Positions 13,330 to 28,818 of a stretch of 64,000 nucleotides of DNA are shown in pieces (position 1 is the stretch's first letter; each line of letters opens with the position of its first letter). The position numbers and the translations under genes were made by a program. Under the pieces are notes generated by a model. It did no database searches. It saw only the letters and a list, made by a program, of their open reading frames with translations, and was not told the origin of the DNA. Source of the stretch: Octopus vulgaris (lineage: Eukaryota); NCBI GenBank assembly GCA_951406725.2, contig OX597818.1:111848001-111912000 (forward strand). The letters are read 5' to 3'.

Positions 13330-13726
13330 AATATCAACGACAATGACAGCAACAAGAATAACGAGAATGTTGTATGTAGGCTACACTATTCTATTATTCT
13401 GGTATAGAAGAATGAAGAGAAATGGAATGAATATTCCGGGTGTATTCATCTCTATAGTTGTGTTACAAAGAACAATGTTGCCAGTTCTTCGACTAGCAGT
13501 CGGAACTAAACACGCAACGAGAACTGAAAAATTCATGTCTGTCAGATTGATTGTATTTCGGTAAGAATTAGAATGTCTTCAGAAGAAGAAGAATCAATAT
13601 TACCAAAAATGTTAATCTCGTTGATTTCTATAATTGTCATCGAAATAAGAATGGTGGCAGAGATGAATGAAAGCAGGCGAAGGAAGAAGTATGGAGTTGT
13701 CTGTCTACATACGTGTACATATATGC

Positions 13727-13764
<38 letters not shown>

Positions 13765-13858
13765 TCATATATATCTATGTGTGTATATACATATGTGTGT
13801 GTGTGTGTATATATACATATGTGTGTGTATATATTTATGTATATTTACACACACGCAT

Positions 13859-13894
<36 letters not shown>

Positions 13895-13901
13895 TTGTGT
13901 G

Positions 13902-14099
13902 TTAACAACCGATGTTGGTGTGCTTATGTCCCCGTAACTTAGAATATATATATATATATATATATATATGTACGATGGGCTTCTTTCAGTTTCCCTCTAC
14001 CAAATCCACTCACAAAGCTTTGGTACGCAACCCGGAACCAAGAGGTTGTTAAGCAAGCTTCTTACCACACAGCTACGCCTGCGCCTTTAGATGTCTAAC

Positions 14100-14171
<72 letters not shown>

Positions 14172-14705
14172 TGCATGTATGTATGTATGTATGTATGTAT
14201 GTGTGCAAGTGTGGAACGTGTGGGATGTGATTGTGTGCGTAGGAAATGGGAAGAGATGGGCTGGGGGAGGGGAGACGAGAGACTCATTGTAATTAAAAGA
14301 CAGTGTGGGTGGGAATATAAAGGATAACCGTGTGAAGTCTCTATCTACGTGTGGCGGTGGCGGGGGAGCAATTATAGAAGGGTTATCTGAGAGGGAATAG
14401 ATTTAAAAGTGTTTGATGCAAGATGCGTAAGAGAAGCATCAAGAAGAAATACATGCATACACAGTTGTGCGTTTGTGTATGTGTGCATACGCCACCGCTT
14501 GACAACCCGGTGTTGGTGTGTTTACATCGCAGTAACAAAGCGGTTTGGCAATGGAGACCAATAGAATAAATGTCAGGCTTTTAAAAGAACTGCACCGAGG
14601 TCGATTTATTTGACTACAGATTCCTCAAGGCGGTGACTGACGATTCGCCAAGGCGGTGCTCCAGCATAGCCGCAATCTAATAACAATAACAAGTAAAAGA
14701 TGAAA
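13902..14705. mobile_element. SINE family A fragments (13902-13942 +, 13972-14087 -, 14490-14705 +) among microsatellites
   Basis: Matches to the family A head and 3' half. Confidence 0.75.
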
Positions 14706-14845
14706 AAGATACACGTACAATCATACATATTATATATACCCAAGCCTATTCCCTATTTTTTTAGGAGGGAGTAGCTAAAATCAAGACACACACCAGGTAT
14801 ACCATTTATTTCCCAGCTCGAAGAGGCAAGCAATCGAAAAGCCAG

Positions 14846-15536
14846 ATACACACCTGTCATCGTCTTTTTTTTTTTTTATAAATTCAAACTCTATCTTGAA
14901 CGCTCACGTGGTCACACCAGTTTCATCCTGTCTCTGCCTCATACACTTCAGACTTATGGATTTTCTACACCTTCTGCACTTCGGACTATTCTACCTGGAT
15001 TTTCTACTCTCTTACACTTCGGACCTCCTACCCTTCGGACTCCTACACTTCGGACTTCCACCTGTTTTTTTTTGCACCTCTCCTACCTACCCATGGATTA
15101 CACTGGACTCTTCCGTTGGTGAGAAATCACTCCAATACACCACGACGTTTGAACCTTTTGAACTTTTTGTACTTTTTTGTACTTTCTGTTTTTCCTATTG
15201 TCATTTCTTCTTTGTTTTCTCTCAATCCGCACATTGCTCCTTTGCCTGCCTTTCTCGCTCTCCCGCCCTTTCTTTTTTCCTTTCTGTCTTCTCTTCTCCC
15301 TTTCTCCTCCTTTCCTCTCTGTTTCTTCCTTCTTTCTCTCTTTGTTTTTATGTTTTCTTCTCACACCCTTTGAATTTTTCTGCTCCGCTTTTTCTCTCTC
15401 CTTTCTTTCTCTTTTCTACATGATCGATAAATATTTAAAAATTTTCTCTGTTTATTTCTGTGTTCCTTTCTGTTGAAGATCGTAGGCTAAAAACGTAAAA
15501 GACTTTCTCACTTCCTGAGAGTTAAACTAATACATA
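14846..15536 (+). mobile_element. Penelope-like terminal (pLTR-type) remnant with CTTCGGACT minirepeats and a pyrimidine-rich tract
   Basis: Ends in CTGTTGAAGATCGTAGGCTAAAAACGTAAAAGACTTTCTCACTTCCTGAGAGTTAAACTAATACAT, homologous to 31640-31775 (-) and 56490-56615 (+). Confidence 0.55.
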
Positions 15537-15537
15537 C

Positions 15538-15802
15538 TTGGAAGATGGGACCGAAACCAGTCGCTCTAAGTACAGCCTCCAACTAGTGATGGTCTACCTT
15601 ATCGAAAGCTTTTGATTGACCCAAATTGATCAGCACTCCACCCATGCCAGATTCCTTAACTGCCCTGTCTATGATGTAACGCGTCAGATGGAGGTTGTCA
15701 TGGATACGCCTACTCGGCACGGCGCACATTTGCGCCTTGTCGACCAGTTTCTCGATGACAAGCGCCAATCTCTCGGCTAACACCTTGGCCAAAATTTTTC
15801 AA
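15538..15802 (-). pseudogene. Tx1/L1-clade LINE reverse transcriptase fragment
   Basis: Translates to KILAKVLAERL…Q.CAVPSRRIHDNLHL.RYII…LINLGQSKAFDKVDHH*LEAVL.A.GFGP, matching RT domains 2-3 (D..KAFD.V.H) with an in-frame stop. Confidence 0.88.
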
Positions 15803-16330
15803 TATTAGGAATGCAACTTCAGTCAGTCATAGATACTCGTTTGTCGGTTCACCAAAACCTATAAAATAAGATACTAAGTAGTTGGAACGTTAGCATGTCG
15901 GGTGGCTCCATGCAGAAGCTATCAGACCAGTACTAAAATCCGTTTTGCTTGCCTACTTTTGACCCATATTGTGTTTATTTCTGGAAGAAATTGTTTCTGA
16001 AAGTTAAAATTGCTATAGACACGCCATATTTCCTCACGATGTCCTAACGGATTCACCAGATGCTGAGGGCTAAAGAAACGGAATGCAGTATGGTAATGAT
16101 GTATTTACCCCAGGAGCTTTCACAAAATTTAAATACGATTATGTCTTTTAATTATTCTGAAGCCTGAAGCTCGCTGAACCGGGATTCCAAGCTATAGATT
16201 CTTCAGCTTATACCTAAACACAGCGCATACACTCTCTGTCTCTCTGTCTCTCTTTGTCTCTCTCTCTCTCTCAGCCACACACACATATTCACTCATATAG
16301 ACAAACACACTTTATAAAATGGTAATAGTA

Positions 16331-16339
<9 letters not shown>

Positions 16340-16391
<52 letters not shown>

Positions 16392-16641
16392 ATACATAAC
16401 GTATCGATATACATCAGTTGTGATAAGCTGAAAAATAGGATTAAGGAAAGAAAAGGAAGATAAGAAATACAGAGAATAACGAAAATGGAAGAAGTTAAGA
16501 TATCGAACGATAACGAATACAATAAATTACTGATAACAAACACTACAATAACTATTATAATGCATATGTATATATATATACATCTGCGTCTGTGTATATG
16601 TGTGTTTGTGTGTGTGGGCATATATGTTAATGTATGTATGC

Positions 16642-16739
<98 letters not shown>

Positions 16740-16816
16740 GTATATGTATATATATGTATATATATATATATGTGTGTGTATGTGTATGTGTGTATATGTT
16801 AATGTATGTATGCGTG

Positions 16817-16849
<33 letters not shown>

Positions 16850-16855
16850 TTGTGT
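16340..16855. repeat. (TA)n/(TG)n microsatellite field
   Basis: Direct reading. Confidence 0.95.
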
Positions 16856-17148
16856 GTTCATGCGGATGTGTGTTTGAAGAATTGAAATATGTAAAGTAAA
16901 GAAGACAGCAAAATTGAAATACATAAAAACAAATTGGCAGACAATATGGAAGAGTGAATTATGGAAGACAAGTGTTTATGATGAATTTCTAATAGAAATC
17001 TGGATTATGTTAAGATTTTCGAATGATCTGCTAACTTTCTACGTGGCTTTCTATGAAATACTCAATGAAATAGAAAAAAACACAAAATTAGCGAGCGGAG
17101 AGGAAACAGAAGGTGATTGCCTGATAGTTAGATAGATAGATAAATAGA

Positions 17149-17197
<49 letters not shown>

Positions 17198-17842
17198 GGG
17201 TGGGGGAGAAGGAGAAAAGAGATCGTGAATGATAGTAAGAGTGCGTGGGCGCGTGTTTATGTGTGAAAGTGTGCGAGTGGGTGGATGGCGGGTGGACTGT
17301 GATTGGTGGATTGATTTTCGAGAAGGAATAAAATGAAATGGGGGTAACAACGATGGTTAAATCACATTATTTTTTATATTTTTTGTGTGATGAAGATAAA
17401 ACGAAAGTGAAATGTGTTTGGCGAAAGAAATAGAAAAACAAAACAAAACAAAACAAAAACAAACAAATGAGAAACAACAAAAATTAACAAAACAAAAGAA
17501 AATAATTCAAAGCATTAAAGCGATAAGGTGCTTCTTAATATTATTATGTAAGTTGAAGAGAAAACTACTCCTACGACATACATAATGTCTTTAAAGAAAT
17601 ATATAAAATTCAATTATATATGAATTAAGATTGGCAAATCTCTTCGCGATGGTAAAACTGACTCTTTCGTGTGCGGCAACGCAGATACGACGGGAGAAAA
17701 GAGTCATCGCTCATCTTGCACTCTTATTGAAGAGTCTTCTCTGTCATCGTCCATCGACATTAGAAAAAATTTGTAAATGGACGTTGCCGTTATATATATT
17801 TCCGAAATATAACACACACAAACACACATGCACACAAGACTG

Positions 17843-17929
<87 letters not shown>

Positions 17930-17944
17930 CACACATACACACAT

Positions 17945-18095
17945 ACCAGTACTTCTGTCAGTTTCCGTCAACCAAATCCACTCACAAAGCCTTGGTCGGC
18001 CTGAGGTTATGGATAAATACACTTGGTGGAGGTGCCACGCAATGGAACGGAAACTGGAACTATATGGTTGGGAAGCAGACTTCTTACGACACAAC
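17945..18095 (-). mobile_element. SINE family A 5' half
   Basis: CAGTTTCCGTC.ACCAAATCCACTCACAAAGC…GGTGCCACGCA…TGGTTGGGAAGC. Confidence 0.8.
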
Positions 18096-18878
18096 CTCTA
18101 CTACGAAAATATTTTGTTCGAAAGTGAAAATCGTAGAACTTAAGACAAATGTTGACAGTTATTATATAATAAGAACCTAATACCATTTCAAGATAGTCAG
18201 ATGGTAGACATCTTGAATTATCATTATTGATTATGGAAGATAAAATGCTTTTGGCCTGGTAGATATTATGTGTCTTATGAAATGTTGAGTTGAGAACAAC
18301 AATGGTCACTTAAAGAGAAGTTCTTTTGTTGAATTTAAAGTGGTCACGCAATATCTTCTGATCCGGCAGCCATTGACATTTGTTCCATATGAAGATGACC
18401 TCAAACAGGACCGGTTTATACGACGTAGAGAACACTTGGTAAGTATGAGAAATTAAGTTATAACATTATAGGAAGACGAACGAGTATTTATAATTAAAAA
18501 CCGCAATGAGTATATTTGTGATATTCATTGAAAATATGATTGCAGTTTGATTTATATAATCAGATGTTAAGTAGCAACGTTAGAAGTCCACTTCTAATTT
18601 ATCATGAAATGCCCCGACAAAAATATCAACAACTACAACAACTTCAAGAAATATTACCTGATAAATTATTTGACAATAATCGAATTCAATTAAGCTGTTG
18701 ATTAATGTATCCCTTTTCAATATCAACATATATTTTACAAACACACACACGCACACACACACTCATTCATACAGACACACGCACACGCACACACACGTAC
18801 AATCGCACGCACACACATATTTGTGTTATATATATATATATACATACATACACATATACATAAGTATATACACATATT

Positions 18879-18909
<31 letters not shown>

Positions 18910-18938
18910 CTGCACGCGTGTACGTGCCTCTGTGTATG

Positions 18939-18989
<51 letters not shown>

Positions 18990-19126
18990 GTATATAGATA
19001 GGTCACTAGCAGGCCTTAGAAGCCATATGAGACATTATCAGCATTGGAGAGAGCAGACTTGAGACGTTTCTTAGAATGAAACCGGTTTCGAAAACGGTCT
19101 TTTCTCGGTCACAACTCGATTACCTC

Positions 19127-19150
19127 TATGTATGCATGTATGCATGTATG

Positions 19151-19182
<32 letters not shown>

Positions 19183-19825
19183 TGTATGTATGTATGTATG
19201 TATGTATGTATGCATGTATATATATGTATGTATGCATGTATGTATGTATGTATGTATGTATGTATGTAGGTGGGTGTATATATTCATACACTCACATATA
19301 TGTACACACACACGCACATATATATATATATACACATTATATATACACATATATATGCCTGTATCTGTATTTCTAATGTATATACATTATACAAACGTTT
19401 CACGGCTGAGTATACGCAAGACGTTATCTCCAACCATTTTATTGTCACTGATTAAACGCTTTGTTAAATAGTCAATATTAGTATCTCGATATCACAATGG
19501 TGGAACGGAATCGTTTTGATGTCTTACTGCAAGTCTGGTCACAGAACATTCTAAAAGACTCGACCTCCACCTCCGCCAACGACTCGGCCATCTTTCATAC
19601 ACCATTTCAACAAAAGCATTGACTCGGTTGAATTCAAAACTGGTCATTTGGGAGCGCAGCATGCTTCACTTGGTTATCACCATTATAAGTCCACCGCTAG
19701 TTTTTCCTGACCCAATTTCACAATAATCTTCTCTTTTACATTCTCCTACTTCAAACGTTCAAATATACCACACACACACACACACACATACACACACACA
19801 CATACACACACATACACACACACAT

Positions 19826-19920
<95 letters not shown>
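19127..19920. repeat. (TATG)n at 19127-19267 and (CA)n at 19769-19920
   Basis: Direct reading. Confidence 0.95.
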
Positions 19921-19924
<4 letters not shown>

Positions 19925-20371
19925 ACCGTTTGTGCATTATTCTCATTTCTGAACATTAGACCTCGACCATGCTGGGTTATCGTCGACGGTAAAGTGTTTC
20001 CGTTGATTATATCGACTCCATAAACATGTCTAGATAGATGTAGTGTTTCTTATTTCAACATTCTAGTAACATTGAAATGCGGAGTGGGTAGAATATTCGC
20101 CTGTGAAGGTATCGGGTTTAACAGCTACGCTGCTATAAACACACGCATACACACACACGTATACACAGACACACACACACAGAACGCCACGCCACCCACT
20201 TATGCACATTTGAATAGAGAGACCTAGGTTGCCAAATATCTAGCCCCCCTCATTTTCTAAAAACCAACAGCAGAGAGTGGGCTGTGTGGAAGTAACATAG
20301 AAACAACGTTAATAACATGGCCTCAGCATTAACAACGTTAATAACTAGTCCTTATTATGGCTGGGTTCCAA

Positions 20372-20732
20372 AGGTGGTGCGCTGGCAGAATTATTAGCAC
20401 GCTGGACGAAATGCTTAGCGGTATTTCGTCTGCCGTTACGTTCTGAGTTCAAATTCCGCCGAGGTCGATTTCGCCTTTCATCCTTTCGGGGTCGATAAAT
20501 TAAGTACCAGTTACGGACTGGGGTCGATGTAATCGACTTAATCCGTTTGTCTGTCCTTCTTTGTCCCCTCTATGTTTAGCCCCTTATGGGTAGTAAAGAA
20601 ATAGGTATTTTGTCGGCCGTTACGTTCTGAATTCTAATTCCGCCGAGGTCGACTTTACCTTTCCTCCTTTCTGGGTCGATAAATTAAGTACCAGTACCTC
20701 AAATTTCAGGCCTTGCGCCCATAATAGAAAGG
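20372..20732 (+). mobile_element. SINE family B dimer flanked by one 18-bp TSD
   Basis: ATTAT(G/C)GCTGGGTTCCAA at 20354-20371 and 20733-20750. Internal junction AAGAAATA|GGTATTT at 20604. Confidence 0.9.
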
Positions 20733-20819
20733 ATTATCGCTGGGTTCCAACAAGGACCACGGCAACAAAGTCCACCCGTCACACTTCTCGGTCCATTTAC
20801 TGCCACGAGATCCTAGTGC

Positions 20820-20940
<121 letters not shown>

Positions 20941-21158
20941 GGAGGCGCAATGGCCTAGTGGTTAGGGCAGCGGACTTGCGGTCGGAGGATCGCGGTTTCG
21001 ATTCCCAGACCAGGCGTTGTGTGTGTTTATTGAGCGAAAAAAAACACCTAAAAGCTCCACGAGGCTCCGGCAGGAGGTGGTGATCCCTGCTGTACTCTTT
21101 CACCACTCTAAAGGCGGTGCTCCAGCATGGCCGCAGTCAAATGACTGAAACAAGTACA
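20941..21158 (+). mobile_element. SINE family C head (20941-21106) fused to a family A 3' tail (21107-21158)
   Basis: GGAGGCGCAATGGCCTAGTGGTTAGGGC…GGTTTCGATTCCC, then CTAAAGGCGGTGCTCCAGCATGGCCGCAGTCAAATGACTGAAACAAGTA. Confidence 0.85.
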
Positions 21159-21163
21159 AAAAA

Positions 21164-21268
<105 letters not shown>

Positions 21269-21291
21269 ATGTATATATATATATATGTATA

Positions 21292-21327
<36 letters not shown>

Positions 21328-21331
21328 TATA

Positions 21332-21416
21332 GGCGCAGGCGTGGCTGCGTGGCAAGAAGCTTGCTTCCCAACCACATGGTTCCGGGTTCAGTTCCACTGC
21401 ATGGCAATTCCGGCAC

Positions 21417-21418
<2 letters not shown>
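21332..21418 (+). mobile_element. SINE family A head, inverted near-identical copy of 22729-22815
   Basis: 86/87 identity, including private variants. Confidence 0.9.
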
Positions 21419-21457
<39 letters not shown>

Positions 21458-21478
21458 AATATATATATATATATATGT

Positions 21479-21517
<39 letters not shown>

Positions 21518-21582
21518 CAATAAAGGGTTTGGCAACGAATTGCCTTACCACATACCGAATTTAGAAATAGCAGTCAAAGAGT

Positions 21583-21668
<86 letters not shown>

Positions 21669-22071
21669 TACAAAATACAAAGTTATATCTTGATAGCTCG
21701 TGACAAAAATGAATATATGAATATATGTATGTGTTTGATCTTTCTATGGATTTTGTAATGTTCCTTTAGTTGCTGCTCACATTGCCTCCCCTCGGATTAA
21801 TAACTATATATATAAATAAAAAAAAAAAAATAAATAGTTAAAAAAAATAAAATGATAATAAAAATATATATATATATTTATAATTTATAAGTTTAATTTA
21901 TTAATTTAAATAATTTTTTAAAATTTTTAGCTTTAATTTAAATATTTTAATTGGATTTTTATATTTTATATTTTATATTTTTTATATATTTTTTAATTAA
22001 TTTTATTTCTATGTATTGGCTTATGATTTTCACTGTTTGATTTGCCTGGTATTGGTTTTATCTCTAATTTA

Positions 22072-22133
<62 letters not shown>

Positions 22134-22372
22134 CACAGAGACACACACACACTCTCACATATATGTGTGTGTTGTTGGTTTATTTACGCACTCATTACCT
22201 AGCGGTTTAGTTCATTGAAAAGGCAAAGATACAGGAAGTTCCAAGCTCAAGGAGAAACAAATAACGCACTGAGTTCGATAACTTCGATTAAAACCTGCAA
22301 GACGGTGCTGTAGCATGGCCGTAGATTAATGAGTGAAACAAATAAATGATAAAAGTATTCGATCTTTATACA

Positions 22373-22592
22373 TTCTTTTATTCTTTTATTTGCTTTAGTC
22401 ATTTGACTGTGTCCATGCTGGAGCACCGACTTTGATCGAACGAATCGCCTCCAGGATTTATTATTTGTAAACCTAGCACTTATTTTATCGGTCCATCTTG
22501 TCAAACCGCTAGAGTATGGTGACATAGACACACAAACATCGATTGTCAAGCGATTGTCAGGGGACAAACACAGAGACACACACATACATACA

Positions 22593-22636
<44 letters not shown>

Positions 22637-22815
22637 TATATATACATATATATGTATGTATGTATCTATATATATATATATATATATGTACGACGGGCTT
22701 CTTACAGTTTCCGTCTACAGCAGAAGACACGTGCCGGAATTGCCATGCAGTGGAACTGAACCTGGAACCATGTGGTTGGGAAGCAAGCTTCTTGCCACGC
22801 AGCCACGCCTGCGCC
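22373..22815 (-). mobile_element. SINE family A, near full length
   Basis: Head, shortened CORE region, internal (TA)n and 3' half. Confidence 0.88.
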
Positions 22816-22835
22816 TATATACATACATACATACA

Positions 22836-22871
<36 letters not shown>

Positions 22872-23395
22872 TATATACATACACACATATATATATACAT
22901 ATATATATATATATACATAGATACATATATACATATATTCATATATACATACGTGCATACATACATATATATATATATTATATATATATACATACATACA
23001 TATATATATATATTTGCATATATATATCAAGATGGAGGTAGATAGAGATCGATACATTTCGATATTTATAGCAAAAGCATCGAACATTTGAGATAATGAG
23101 AGAAGAGAGAGCAACCGCCCCACACACCCGCGGCGTTGGGGGATGCGCCTCTTAACCAGGCAGCCATGACGTTCTGAAGAATTTTCGCTGTGTAAATGCT
23201 GCGAAGATATTCTAATGTATAAAAGATGACTAATGGTGGAAGGAAGTGGTCTTTTAGATATTCTTTGTGACTATGAAATTAGACAGAGATCAAAACGATT
23301 CCTCAATAGAAATGCGAAATCGAAATGCTGATGTTGGTCTCTTTAACAAAGCATCTGATATGTGATTTACGCACAGACGCACGAACACAGACACA

Positions 23396-23450
<55 letters not shown>

Positions 23451-23817
23451 ACTCATACACACACTCACACATTCATACATACACATATGCGGATATATGA
23501 ATGAATGTATGCATAAATCGCCACTATAATCACGAACGAAAGATATATATATGCACATATACAGACGCATATATGTGTTTACATCTGTATATACATGTGT
23601 GAGTTTTCTATATATATGTATATATATATATTTATATATTTCGTTCGTGATTATATGAATATACACATTTATATGAACCCGTATACAAACAGCATACACA
23701 CTTATCCACACGTACATGTGTGGCAGTTTTGATGTGTACATATATCAATAATATTGTATTTGTAATTTCCCCTTTATATATATGTATATATATATGTGTG
23801 TATGTGCGTGTGTATGC

Positions 23818-23850
<33 letters not shown>

Positions 23851-23859
23851 CATACATAC

Positions 23860-23901
<42 letters not shown>

Positions 23902-24273
23902 GGAGAGAGAGAGCGAGAGAAAGACAGAGGGTCAGAGAGATAGAGGAGAGAGAGAGAGAGAGGGGATAGATGAGAGCGTGCCACAGATGAACACGGTGTC
24001 ACGTATCGACGCATATGATGTGTTACTGCCCACGGTCATTTCATAGTCGCTATTTCAACAAATACAGACACATAAAGTAATTTAAATAGTAATATTTTGT
24101 GATTTGATAGTTTGGGAAGTTTTAATGTCAATAACGAATAATCTATAAGTAATTATCGAGAATTAGAGAGTAACTATTATCTACCGGACATATGTACACC
24201 AGCACCCACAAATGTATATCATTATATGCATATATACATATATATGTGCGTGTGTGTGTCTGAGTATGTATAT

Positions 24274-24313
<40 letters not shown>

Positions 24314-24431
24314 TATTTATATATATACACACGTATACATGTGTACATAAATATTTAAATACGTACGTATATCGATCTGTTTATAGACATATATATGTCT
24401 ATATACATATATATATATATGCATATATATG

Positions 24432-24475
<44 letters not shown>

Positions 24476-25213
24476 CAAGTGGACATGTATATACACACAT
24501 ACACACACATCTGTATATGTATACATACATATACTACTTATATATATACATCCATATTCATAAATATGCATCTATATATATGTGTGTGTATAATATATGT
24601 AAAAGATATTTGTATGAAAATTATTCAAAGAAATCGCAGTGCGAACTATATATAGTATGATATAATTCGTTGCAAATAAAGTATCGCCAGAAACATCATA
24701 TCTTGTTCAAAGTTACCAAATTAGTCATCGGATGACAATAAAGCTGTCGTCTGGAAGAAATATCGTCTGTTTTTTACATGCTGAGATAAATCCACGGTTG
24801 AAGCTATAAAAGATTGTTTTTAATATCCTTGTGTAATAAGGAATTACTACTAGAAATAAAATGCGTGTACGTCTACCAAATACCAAGATAATGTGAACTT
24901 CAAGTATTTTATGAATTTTATGTATTTTATCAAATGGTCAAAAATTTTGTAGATATGCCGAATGGTTTATGTTGTTCAGAATGAAACTCCTTAATGTTGG
25001 CTTAATTTCGCGTTGTTTCTGTGTGGTTTGCATCATTCGAAATCTGTTCTCTTGAAATCAAAATCAGAAACAACTTTTTACAAGTTTCAAATGAAATCGG
25101 TTGGTGTTGTTGTTTTTCTCTTTTCTGTGTGTTTAAAGGAAAAATTTGTCCAAGCATACGCTCACACACATATATATATGTGTGGGTGTATGTCTCTCTC
25201 TCTCTCTCTCTGT

Positions 25214-25274
<61 letters not shown>

Positions 25275-25325
25275 CGTGTGTGTGTGTGTGTGTGTATGTA
25301 TGTATATGTGTGTGTATGTATGTGT

Positions 25326-25649
25326 GGAGGTGCAATGGCCCAGTGATTAGGGCAGCGGTCATAGTATCGCGGTTTCGATTCCCAGACCGGGTGTTGTGAG
25401 TGTTTATTGGACGAAACCACATAAACCTCCACGAGGCTCCGGCAGAAGATGGTGGTGAACCCTGCTGTACTCTTTCACCACAACTTTCTCCCACTCTTTC
25501 CTCCTGTGTCACGCTGAATCTCTCCGAGAATTATCTTAATGGTACACGTACCTGTGGATTGCTCAGCCACTTTCACGTTAATTTCACGAGCAGGCTGTCC
25601 CGTTGATCAGATCAACTTGAACCCTCGTCGGCATAACCGATGGAGTGCC
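25326..25649 (+). mobile_element. SINE family C with an internal deletion
   Basis: tRNA-like head, GCTCCGGCAG…CCCTGCTGTACTCTTTCACCACAAC body, …AACCGATGGAGTGCC tail. Confidence 0.88.
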
Positions 25650-25992
25650 TCGTCATATATATTATATATATATTGTAAATGTGTTAACACCTATAACAAC
25701 CGTCTAAGAGATACTTGTGTCCAGTGGTATATTACCTATATTTAATCATGAGCATTGGTGTGAATGCTCATATATGATATGTAATGACAAAAATAAGCTA
25801 GATTTTATCAATAGTCAAAGGAAAACAGAAAATGGAGATACAATTAATGAATAACAATTGGTTTACATCAATTGTCGTTTATCAATTAACTAATTACAAA
25901 ATGACGGAATCTCAACTAACAGCTGTTTCTGTTAGCATGGTTCTCAGTTTTAACCACCACAATGATGATGATGATAATAATAATAATAATGA

Positions 25993-26057
<65 letters not shown>

Positions 26058-26080
26058 ATAATAATAATAATAATAATAAT

Positions 26081-26477
<397 letters not shown>

Positions 26478-26505
26478 CATTATTAATATTATTATTATTA
26501 TTATT

Positions 26506-27059
26506 GAGTGAGCGAGCAGAGCATGCCATCAAAGTGACACTGGGGTAAAATATACGAAGCCCAGTATACCCATCATGACTACCCGTCTGATAAGGGTACA
26601 CCAGGCACATGCATCACAGCCATATGTGCATGACATGGTGATCTCATATCAAGATAAACAGCACATGACCTTGCAGGTGGAGCCCAGTTAGAATTTTCTT
26701 CAGATCGAGTAACCCATCCCGCTCAAAAGGTCCCTGAATAAGGGTTGTTTAAGGACGTTGAGCGAAACACCTATGTTTCCAGAGGTGAATTATTCAAACC
26801 CCAAAGAATCCTTCTCAACACATGGCTATGATGCTCCCCCACTACTTCTGCTCGTGATCAGAGATGCACATATCGTCAGCCACTAAGGGGCATGCTCAAC
26901 TGGTTAAGGTCAAACAACTGACAAGCAAATCTGTGGTATTGAGCAGAATATTTGCTGTAGCCCATCTTTTATACCAAGACAAAAAAATGTACATGATAAC
27001 ACTTCCAGTCAGTTAAGATCAGAAGCCATGAGAGCTACTGCCTGGTACTGCATCAGGGC

Positions 27060-27060
<1 letters not shown>
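26506..27060 (-). mobile_element. ~550-bp non-coding element embedded in (TAA)n (copy 1)
   Basis: Reverse-complement homolog of 35088-35630. Both copies are flanked on both sides by (TAA)n. Strand is inferred from the (TAA)n orientation. Confidence 0.85.
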
Positions 27061-27125
<65 letters not shown>

Positions 27126-27134
27126 CATTATTAT

Positions 27135-27208
27135 TACTTTTTTTCTTCTTTCAAATTTGCTTCCATTTCTTGCCGAGTGTCTTCCCGACTCCTAGGGCAA
27201 AGAAACTC
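27135..27208 (-). mobile_element. Probable 3' end of an R4/Dong-type LINE in (TAA)n
   Basis: GAGTTTCTTTGCCCTAGGAGTCGGGAAGACACTCGGC…GAAGAAAAAAAG followed by (TAA)n. Confidence 0.45.
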
Positions 27209-27272
<64 letters not shown>

Positions 27273-27365
27273 GTGATAGTTAAAACTGAGCGTCACGCTA
27301 ACACAAACATTCTTATTCGTCAATTGTATCTCCATTTTCTGTTTTCCTTATATGCATCTATCTAG

Positions 27366-27596
<231 letters not shown>

Positions 27597-27647
27597 GTAT
27601 ATATACGTATATATATATATAATATATGTATGTACATATAATATATA

Positions 27648-27939
27648 TTCTTTTATTCTTTTACTCGTTTCAGTCGTTTGACTGGAGAACCGCCTTTAGT
27701 CTAAAAAAAATTGTCCCAAGACTTATTCTCTGTAAGCCCAGATCTTATTTTATCGGTTTCTTTTGCTGAACTGCAATTTCTTAGGACCTTCTGCTTTTAT
27801 TCCCCCTTGGGGAAAAGGTAGTACTTTTTGTGATTTCTTAAGATCAGTTATATACTGTATAGAAACGTTAAGTTACTTGGACTTAAACCCATCAACATCG
27901 GTCGTCAAGCGATGGTGGCGGGAAAAACCCAGACACACA

Positions 27940-28002
<63 letters not shown>

Positions 28003-28150
28003 CAGGCTATTACAGTTCCTGTCTACCAAATTTTCTCTCAAGGCTTTAGTCGGCCCGAAGCTATAGAAGATTCATGCCGAAGGTGTCACGCAATTGGACT
28101 CAACCCGGAACTACGTGACAAGCTTCTTACGGCATAACCACGCATGCGCC
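27648..28150 (-). mobile_element. SINE family A, full length, with a ~90-bp insertion at ~27775-27865
   Basis: Head, CORE, (TA)n and 3' half. Confidence 0.82.
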
Positions 28151-28752
28151 TATATATATATATATATATATATGTTTTCTGCAGTTTCGCCAATCAAAGT
28201 CTATTAAAAGGCGTCTCCTCCACACAAGATGCCACTAGTGCACTTGTTACAAAGTTCACGTCGCAAAATGATGTTCCGCATTGGAACCACATTTTACGAT
28301 ATAGAGTAAATTAACCGCAAACAGGTCTATTTATATATCTATCCCTTACAGCACATACGTGCGCAGTCACACAGACACTGAGAAGCTTAAAAAAAATTAT
28401 TATTAACACCAAATTTGTCATCTTCACTTACAGCCATCTTCATGAACACACGTATAACATCCAAATGTACATCTTTTTCCCTCTGATGATGTTATGGTCA
28501 TGTCACAAAAATGTAAATTTAATATTTACTGAGCATTAATTGAAACGGCTGTAAGTGAAGATGACCAATTCGCTGTTAATAAAAGAACAATTATTAATTC
28601 CTAATCTCCATTTTCTTTTTTTCCTTTAAATGAATGTAAACTATGCGTATTTTATCTTAAGGAAATTCATTCCTCTCAAAATGCTAGGTATTGAACCAGT
28701 ATTTCCTTTGATGAAACCATCCCTTCACGAGGCTTACACATCCTCTAATTAA

Positions 28753-28818
<66 letters not shown>

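Noticed and set aside
14896-15476. Hydrophobic Phe/Leu/Ser ORFs resembling membrane proteins
   Set aside because: Product of a pyrimidine-rich tract within a repeat remnant.
19055-19095. GAAACCGGTT palindrome after CTTGAGA; similar GAAA(C/T)CGG motifs in the LINE 3' UTRs near 42765 and 52810
   Set aside because: No CUGANGA core; at most a decayed Penelope-like end.
20941-21012. tRNA-like sequences (also at 25326, 32580-32652, 5095-5170 and family A/B heads)
   Set aside because: They have A/B boxes but no convincing acceptor stem, and continue into SINE bodies; these are SINE heads, not tRNA genes.
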